A DNA stretch of 64,000 bases from Candidatus Danuiimicrobium aquiferis (GTDB lineage Bacteria > Omnitrophota > Omnitrophia > Omnitrophales > Danuiimicrobiaceae): assembly GCA_001804285.1 (NCBI GenBank), contig MHFR01000068.1, positions 34,383 through 98,382 of the forward strand, written 5' to 3'. Below, piece by piece: positions 57,997-64,000 of the stretch. Both the position numbers and the translations under genes were made by a program. Numbering within the stretch: the stretch's first letter is position 1; each line of letters begins with the position of its first letter. Under the pieces are notes generated by a model. That model was not told where the DNA came from. It was given only the letters and a program-made list of their open reading frames with translations, and did not search any database.

Positions 57997-58844
57997 TGGA
58001 AGATAAAGTCGCCTTAAAGTCACTTCGAATTGGTATGATTAGCTTTATTAATACGATACCGTTTTATCATCAGCTGTTTGACAAACGCGATAGCGTGTTG
58101 CTTAAAGAAGGAGTCCCTGCCCAAATTAATCAATGGATGCAATCCGGCGAGGTTGATTTTGCCCCGATTTCCTCTATGGAATATGCTCTTCATCCCGATC
58201 AATATGTTCTTTTACCGGATTTATGCATTGGATCGAGAGATTTTTCACGCAGTGTTTTATTGCTGAGTCATGAAAAGATTGAGGGGTTGAACGAAGAAAC
58301 AATCGTTTTAACAAGTAAGAGTTTGAGTTCTCGGGCACTGCTCAAAATTTTACTCAAAGTCAAATATCGCTTTGATAATTTTTTTGTTGAGTCTGATGAC
58401 ACGCCTGAAAAGATGCTTCAAAAAGGAAAAGCGGCACTTGTGATCGGTGATGAAGCGCTTTTCTATAAATCGCGAGAGTTTGTTTATAAATATGATTTAA
58501 GCGAACTTTGGTGGAATTGGCACCAGCTCCCGTTTTGTTTTTCGCTATGGGCGGTGCGCAAAGAATTTTTTCTACGTCAACCGCAAGTGGTGATGGAGTT
58601 TTATAAAAAATTAAAAGCAAATACCGAACATAATTTGCTGGATCTCGAATCCTTGATCCGGGATTCGTTGGGGTATACGCTTGCGGATGATTATTTTTCA
58701 GCCGTGTTTGGGTATCTTTTTAATTTAAATTATTATATAGACGAGCCTATGTTAAAAGGTTTGAATATTTTTTACGAATATGCCCAACGGATCGGGCTCG
58801 TTCCGAAGGTTGCGCAGCTTAAATTTCTTGAAAGTCCTAGATGA
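57996..58844 (+). CDS. mqnA: Chorismate dehydratase MqnA (futalosine pathway)
   Basis: LRIGMISFINTIPFY...NQWMQSGEVDFAPISS is the MqnA (DUF178) signature. ATGA overlap with ubiX. Confidence 0.65.
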   Translation: MEDKVALKSLRIGMISFINTIPFYHQLFDKRDSVLLKEGVPAQINQWMQSGEVDFAPISSMEYALHPDQYVLLPDLCIGSRDFSRSVLLLSHEKIEGLNEETIVLTSKSLSSRALLKILLKVKYRFDNFFVESDDTPEKMLQKGKAALVIGDEALFYKSREFVYKYDLSELWWNWHQLPFCFSLWAVRKEFFLRQPQVVMEFYKKLKANTEHNLLDLESLIRDSLGYTLADDYFSAVFGYLFNLNYYIDEPMLKGLNIFYEYAQRIGLVPKVAQLKFLESPR

Positions 58845-59935
58845 CGTTTGGGGTTCATTTAGACTGCCCGCCAGAAACCTTTTTAGAAAATGTAATCAGA
58901 GGGGAAAGATTAACGGCCGAAAAGGCTCTTCAATTGTTTTCCGTAGACCTTTCTATTCTGGGAAAAGCAGCAGCGGCTGTTTGCAGGAAATTTCATCCCG
59001 ATCCTGTAGCTACGTTTGTCATTGACCGAAACATTAGTTGCACAAACGTATGTGTGGCTGAATGTGATTTCTGCGCGTTTCATTGTGCGCCGGACCATCC
59101 CAAAGCTTATGTTTTGAAGGAAGATGAAATTCTAAGCAAAGTCAGGGAGCTTGTTGATTCCGGCGGAACGCAAGTTTTAATCCAAGGAGGGCTTAATCCC
59201 GATCTTCCGTTCGACTATTATTTGAATATGGTCAAGCGGATCCATCAAGAATTTCCACAAGTTCATATCCATTCTTTTTCTGCCGTTGAAATCGATTTTC
59301 TATCAAGAAAAGCAAAGAAATCAATCGAAGAAATTTTGAATGAACTGAAAAACGCCGGTTTAAATTCACTTCCGGGAGGCGGTGCGGAAATTTTAGTTGA
59401 CCGGGTCCGTCAAAAGATTAGTCCCCGAAAAATTTCAGCCGATGGATGGATACAGTGCATGAGAACGGTTCACCGTCTTGGTTTGAAATCGACGGCAACG
59501 ATGGTTTTTGGACATATTGAAACATTGGAAGAACGAATTCAGCATTTAAACCGGATTCGAGAACTGCAGGATAAAACACACGGTTTCCGTGCGTTTATTC
59601 CATGGTCACTTTCGCCGTGCGGAACGCCACGGATGAGCGAGATTCCTCCTGCCGGCGGAATTGATTATTTGAAGATGGTTGCGATTTCGAGACTCTTTCT
59701 CGACAATATCCCCAATATCCAGGCGGGTTGGCTCACGGAAGGGGTGAAATTAGCTCAGGTGGCACTTGCTTTCGGCGCCAATGACATGGGCGGAATATTA
59801 TTTGAAGATAAGGTTTTAGAGCCTACGGGAATTCAGGTCAAAACGAAAGTCCAAGATATGGTTCGTTTTATTCGCGAAGCGGGTTTGGTCCCGGCTCAGC
59901 GCGACACAAATTATCAAATTCTTAAAACATTTTAA
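58841..59935 (+). CDS. Radical-SAM futalosine-pathway enzyme (MqnC/MqnE family)
   Basis: CTNVCVAECDFCAF radical-SAM Cys motif. ~360 aa CofH/MqnC-like protein adjacent to mqnA. Confidence 0.65.
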   Translation: MTFGVHLDCPPETFLENVIRGERLTAEKALQLFSVDLSILGKAAAAVCRKFHPDPVATFVIDRNISCTNVCVAECDFCAFHCAPDHPKAYVLKEDEILSKVRELVDSGGTQVLIQGGLNPDLPFDYYLNMVKRIHQEFPQVHIHSFSAVEIDFLSRKAKKSIEEILNELKNAGLNSLPGGGAEILVDRVRQKISPRKISADGWIQCMRTVHRLGLKSTATMVFGHIETLEERIQHLNRIRELQDKTHGFRAFIPWSLSPCGTPRMSEIPPAGGIDYLKMVAISRLFLDNIPNIQAGWLTEGVKLAQVALAFGANDMGGILFEDKVLEPTGIQVKTKVQDMVRFIREAGLVPAQRDTNYQILKTF

Positions 59936-59951
59936 TCAATCCGGCCCAGCG

Positions 59952-60662
59952 GTGAAGCGAATGAAAAAACGTGTTGATCGAAAAAACATTCAGATTTTAT
60001 TCAATCGAATTGCGGGGCACTATGATTTTCTGAATACATTCCTGAGTTTTGGTTTTGAGAAACGATGGCGAATTCAGTTTGCTGAAATGAGTGTCAATGG
60101 TTCTGAACGGGCAATTCTGGATGTTGGGGTAGGCACCGGAAAGACGTTAAATGCTTTAAGGGAAAAGAATCCCGAAGCGGTTATTGTCGGATGTGATTTT
60201 TCGGAAAAGATGCTCGGGAAGGCGCAGAAGAAATTTTCCACCGCCGGATTTTTTGTTACCGGTGATTTTCACGAACTTCCATTTGCGCCGAATAGTTTCG
60301 ATCTCGTGACGGGCAGCTTTGTTTTGAGAAGTGTGGAGAATATGTCTCGATTTTTATCTGAAATCAAACGTATTTTAAGGCCGGGCGGACGAGTGGCTTT
60401 TTTGGAATTGACGCGCCCTCGAAATTTTTTATTTTTTAAATTGATTTACCAACCCTATTTGCGGTTTTATTTACCGGCAATCGGCGGCCTTGTGTCCGGG
60501 CGTAGAGAATCGTATCAATTTCTTTCGGATTCAATTCGAGGATTTGACGACCCGATTGATTTTAAAATTCTGATGGAGAAAAACGGATTCGATTCTGTTA
60601 TAATCCACCCTTTAATGAATGGAATTGTAACCATAATTTATGGAGAAAATAGGCCGGAATGA
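59952..60662 (+). CDS. menG: Demethylmenaquinone methyltransferase (UbiE/MenG family)
   Basis: SAM motif ILDVGVGTGKT, with UbiE-type N- and C-terminal regions. Confidence 0.7.
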   Translation: MKRMKKRVDRKNIQILFNRIAGHYDFLNTFLSFGFEKRWRIQFAEMSVNGSERAILDVGVGTGKTLNALREKNPEAVIVGCDFSEKMLGKAQKKFSTAGFFVTGDFHELPFAPNSFDLVTGSFVLRSVENMSRFLSEIKRILRPGGRVAFLELTRPRNFLFFKLIYQPYLRFYLPAIGGLVSGRRESYQFLSDSIRGFDDPIDFKILMEKNGFDSVIIHPLMNGIVTIIYGENRPE

Positions 60663-61540
60663 AAAATATTTTAAAAGCAGTTTTTGTCGTTTTAATTGTG
60701 ACAAGTATTTTATTGGCGAGTGCATTACTGACTCCGCTCATTTTTCGTATTCTTCCGTTTTTTAAATTTGAACGGATCTTCCGCCGATTAGTAACCATTT
60801 TCGTGGTGGGTTTGGCTATTTTTGTGGTCAGCCGTGAAAAGTGGAGCTGGAAAAGATATGGTTTTGATTTTTCGGTTTCATGGCTGAGCTTGTTTTTATA
60901 TGGGCTGATCGGTGGCGCGATCACATTGGGTATCATGACTTTGGCAGAAACTGTTTGGGGACCGTATTTTGTGCGGGATAATATATCTATCGGTCGTACC
61001 ATCGAATGGTTTTTTAAAGGGCTTGTTTCCGGGATATCTATCGGGTTTCTCGAGGAATTTTTCTTTAGAGGGTTTGTGTATAAACAGTTGGAATCAAGAG
61101 TGAAAGTAGTGGCGGCACTCATTCTGACAAATATTTTTTATGCGGCAGTTCATTTCTGGGACAGCCGGGGAATTTTTGTTCAGAATCCGCCTACGTTTCA
61201 TGATGGTATTCATTTGTTAAAGGTCCATTTGAGCCCGTTTTTAAATACCCCGATGGAAACCCTTCCTCAATTTATGGGTTTGTTTATTTTTGGATTGGTT
61301 TTAAACTTTGCTTTTCTTCGGACGCGAACTTTATTTCTATCTATAGGGATTCATGCAGGTGTTGTTTTCTTGATTAAATTTCAAAAAGCCATTGTTTTAA
61401 AAGAAACTGAGGGGCATCATTGGCTCTGGAGACATTTATCTTTATATGATGCGCCAGTCGAGTGGGTGATTGTTAGCGGTTTACTTTTAATCCTTGTTTT
61501 CTTTTTGGTTCCGAAAAAATTGATTAAGGACTCAAAATAG
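60659..61540 (+). CDS. CPBP-family intramembrane metalloprotease (CAAX protease / Abi-like)
   Basis: EEFFFRGF and AAVHF motifs. Polytopic. Confidence 0.7.
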   Translation: MKNILKAVFVVLIVTSILLASALLTPLIFRILPFFKFERIFRRLVTIFVVGLAIFVVSREKWSWKRYGFDFSVSWLSLFLYGLIGGAITLGIMTLAETVWGPYFVRDNISIGRTIEWFFKGLVSGISIGFLEEFFFRGFVYKQLESRVKVVAALILTNIFYAAVHFWDSRGIFVQNPPTFHDGIHLLKVHLSPFLNTPMETLPQFMGLFIFGLVLNFAFLRTRTLFLSIGIHAGVVFLIKFQKAIVLKETEGHHWLWRHLSLYDAPVEWVIVSGLLLILVFFLVPKKLIKDSK

Positions 61541-61613
61541 CCATCGTTTTTAAATCTAAATATTCCGGCGGCATTGTCGATTTTTAAATAAGAAACTGTA
61601 GAAGGAGTCGGGC

Positions 61614-62411
61614 GTGGAAAAGACGGCGCAGGGGATAGTTCGAACCGTTAAAAGTTTTTCTTATCCGAAAATATGCAAGTTTATTTCTATTTTCTTCATT
61701 TTTTTTATTTTTCATCAAAACTGTATTTTCGCTCAACAGGATGATAAAGGAATAGACGGCCCAAAGCTCATATCGAAAAGATTTGTTCCGTTGCCGCAAT
61801 TACAGACACCAACTCCTGTTGAGGAGATAAAATCGGTTCCTCAAGAGCAAGAAGTTGAAGAGAAAAAAGAAATAAGTGAATCGGAAGAAGTTCCCCCCGG
61901 AGAAGAGCCCGATGTTGAAGAAAAGTGCCAAGATGGGGTGATGGATGTTTCGGGTGCACCGGGCTGCTCGGCTCATTATACAAAGTGTATGCCTTCTGGA
62001 CGTTGCACAATGGGGGCGATAGAGGGAACCGTGCAGCAACAGAAGACCGAACGGCATTCCATTTCCGTCGCTGGGGGCTGTATTCAGCTATCGGTTTCAC
62101 AGCAAGTGACGTGCGGTTGTGATGGAAAAGTGCAATCGGCAGTTGCATCCGTTGAAAGCTGTTCAGTTGAAAAAATTTGTATGCCGGATGAAATTAAAGA
62201 AGTATTTAGTACCGGTGAGTGCTCTCCTGACATGAGTACCAAGGTGCTTCCTTCAGCTTGTGGCGGCGGTGGAGCGAGCATCAGTGAAACTGGAGGGCAA
62301 ATCAATTGGGAAAATGGTTGCAATGAATGGCGTTCTCAATCATTTTCTATTCCCAAAGCGACTTGCCAAGCAGTGGTGGCTCCTTCTAACTGTCCGAGCG
62401 ATCATATTTAA
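61614..62411 (+). CDS. Secreted cysteine-rich protein (hypothetical)
   Basis: GTG start, signal-like hydrophobic segment, acidic Pro/Glu linker, then ~20 Cys in ~150 aa. Confidence 0.45.
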   Translation: MEKTAQGIVRTVKSFSYPKICKFISIFFIFFIFHQNCIFAQQDDKGIDGPKLISKRFVPLPQLQTPTPVEEIKSVPQEQEVEEKKEISESEEVPPGEEPDVEEKCQDGVMDVSGAPGCSAHYTKCMPSGRCTMGAIEGTVQQQKTERHSISVAGGCIQLSVSQQVTCGCDGKVQSAVASVESCSVEKICMPDEIKEVFSTGECSPDMSTKVLPSACGGGGASISETGGQINWENGCNEWRSQSFSIPKATCQAVVAPSNCPSDHI

Positions 62412-63775
62412 CGTTTGCAGATAAAAACGCTTCCGCGGATTTCCTTGGCTTTATGTTTCATCTCAACCAGGCGGTTTGTGATTTCGGCGTAACTTGCAAA
62501 ATCCAGATTCTCATTCGATATTCCGGCAAGTGATATTGACATAAGCGGAATTCTGGTGAGTGGAGTCCCTTCCGATTCCCCGGATGCCCGTCGCTCATGA
62601 CCCATGATATATCCGTTTTGCCGGTCTTTTTCGTTGTAAAGAAGTTTGATTTTTTCGTCAAATTCTTTGATGATATAGTTTGTGATCGATTCAGCATTTT
62701 TTGGTGTCGTTACGACAACGAAATCATCTCCTCCTTCATGTCCAAGAAAATCGGTTTGCGTTCCTTTTGCTTCTAAGGCGTCTTTGAGAATTTGAGCTGT
62801 CAGTTTGATGGCTTGGTCGCCTTTTTCAATACCGTAGGCATCGTTGAAGGCTTTAAAATTATCTAAGTCCGAATGGATGACAACGAATTTAGCTCCGAAT
62901 TTGATTCTCCGGCTGATATCGGATTCGATCGCGATATTTCCGGGGAGGTGAGTGAGCGGATTCGCATTTTGGGCAATCATTTTCATTTCCGCAATTTTTT
63001 CCGCCATATGATTAAATGTATTAGCAAGGATTTCAATTTCATCGCCGGTATTGACATCAACACGTTTTGAAAAATTTTCCGCCATAATTTCTTGAGAAGC
63101 TTCATTCAGTTTAAGTAATGGGCTGACCAAATGTTTTGCAAGACTTCTTGTCAGGTAGAAGACGATGCTGAGGATGACCAAAGCCGTTAACCAGATGGAT
63201 ATATAGCTGCGCTTAATGGCTTCACTGATTTTTCCGAGAGAAAAACTTGTTTTGTAAACCAGAACCATTTCATTATTTTGCATAATCGGCAGATAAACAT
63301 CAATTTTTCGCTGTTTTCGATTTGCATAGGAGTATAGCCACTGATGATCTAATTTAGCGGAAACTTCGAGCTCTCGGATCTTGTCTGTGTCATATGGATC
63401 TACATTGATTGATGCGGGTAATGAGCGATCTATCTTTCCATCCGGCTGGAAGATAATCATGTAATTTAGGAGGCCATTTGTTATTAATGGTTTAGAAATT
63501 TCTTCAATTTTGTTAGCTAAAATACTGGGGGAAAGGCCGGATTTTTGAAGGTCTGTCAGTTTTTCGTGGAGAATATATGATGCGAATTGTGCTCGGCTTG
63601 TGCTTTCTTGTTGGATGGTTCTGGTTTCAGCGCCCAGCTGGATGACAATAAAGGCAATCATCAGAAGTGTCGATGGTATAATAACTAACGAAAAAACCCG
63701 TACATAAAGACTTTTTTTCGGTTTCGTGTTTGAATTCATCAAATTGATAACGATTTTCTTTGGACTTACATTCAA
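62408..63775 (-). CDS. Membrane sensor protein with HAMP and GGDEF domains (diguanylate-cyclase family, GGDDF variant)
   Basis: N-terminal TM, periplasmic domain, second TM, HAMP (EIEILANTFNHMAEKIAEMK), then a GGDEF domain with DLDNFKAFND and GHEGGDDFVVV. Confidence 0.75.
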   Translation of the reverse strand: MNVSPKKIVINLMNSNTKPKKSLYVRVFSLVIIPSTLLMIAFIVIQLGAETRTIQQESTSRAQFASYILHEKLTDLQKSGLSPSILANKIEEISKPLITNGLLNYMIIFQPDGKIDRSLPASINVDPYDTDKIRELEVSAKLDHQWLYSYANRKQRKIDVYLPIMQNNEMVLVYKTSFSLGKISEAIKRSYISIWLTALVILSIVFYLTRSLAKHLVSPLLKLNEASQEIMAENFSKRVDVNTGDEIEILANTFNHMAEKIAEMKMIAQNANPLTHLPGNIAIESDISRRIKFGAKFVVIHSDLDNFKAFNDAYGIEKGDQAIKLTAQILKDALEAKGTQTDFLGHEGGDDFVVVTTPKNAESITNYIIKEFDEKIKLLYNEKDRQNGYIMGHERRASGESEGTPLTRIPLMSISLAGISNENLDFASYAEITNRLVEMKHKAKEIRGSVFICKR

Positions 63776-63869
63776 GTCGCTATAGTTTATTAGTTCAAGT
63801 TATATCCATATATCGGACTGATGAGGATATGTATTTACTCTCTTTTAAACAACAATCAAGAGACAAGAA

Positions 63870-64000
63870 ATGTTAAATAAAAAAGTTTTTGGTGTCGAGT
63901 TTCTTGTCGCATCGGTCGTTGTCATTTTCTTAATTGTTTATAACTTTTTTTTAATTGATGTTTCTCTCCAAGAAGTCAGATTTGCGTTGGGGCAAGTGAA
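63870..64000 (+). CDS. Start of a membrane protein gene that continues beyond the window
   Basis: ATG followed by MLNKKVFGVEFLVASVVVIFLIVYNFFLI (TM helix). The ORF is open to the window edge. Confidence 0.3.
   Translation, partial: MLNKKVFGVEFLVASVVVIFLIVYNFFLIDVSLQEVRFALGQV

Noticed and set aside
1-64000. CRISPR arrays, integrases, transposases, restriction or toxin-antitoxin genes
   Set aside because: None of these were seen. No regularly spaced identical repeats with unique spacers occur, and no recombinase or nuclease signatures appear in any frame. The only repetitive DNA is the MITE-like family, whose copies are dispersed rather than arrayed.

Overview
This 64-kb window is bacterial chromosome. 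It has high coding density, genes almost all on the + strand, frequent TAATG/ATGA start-stop overlaps, GTG/TTG starts, and a family of short palindromic repeats of the kind common in uncultured anaerobic lineages. All calls below are made by eye from the translated ORFs and the DNA. Nothing was searched or computed.

Main content, in order along the window:
- A sulfate-assimilation operon (cysD 3' end, cysN fused to an apparently degenerate cysC-like domain, cobA, sirC) that carries a protein-thiocarboxylate homocysteine module (HcyS-like ThiS carrier with residues after GG, MetY, ThiF-like E1, JAMM protease). A sulfite reductase with a C-terminal TusA-like domain follows.
- A gene-poor, decayed stretch (8.7-10.1 kb) holding a cobA remnant, repeat fragments, a hairpin-rich sRNA candidate with a terminator, and tRNA-Leu(UAA).
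- An etfBA fusion plus ETF:quinone oxidoreductase, then htpX, a J-domain protein, a PEBP-family protein, and a ~980-aa tandem M16 peptidase.
- A candidate cobalamin riboswitch in front of a BtuB-like TonB-dependent receptor, TonB, two PP-loop ATP-pyrophosphatases, and BtuFCD-like ABC transporter genes.
- A type II secretion / type IV pilus-like cluster: HTH regulator, secretin with a TonB_C-like tail, GspF, an embedded secreted zinc metalloprotease, four pseudopilins, GspK, GspL, GspM and GspE.
- pckG, a cluster of orphan receiver proteins, a sulfotransferase, and two tandem small secreted paralogs.
- aroA, mreBCD-mrdA-rodA, and a futalosine-pathway late-step menaquinone cluster (UbiD/UbiA/UbiX-like, mqnA, radical SAM, menG).
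- A CPBP protease, a Cys-rich secreted protein, and a HAMP-GGDEF protein with a GGDDF motif.

At least eight copies of one MITE-like repeat family (tgtcattcccgc...gcgggaatgaca) are present, all in the same orientation. Three sit inside ORFs without breaking the frame.
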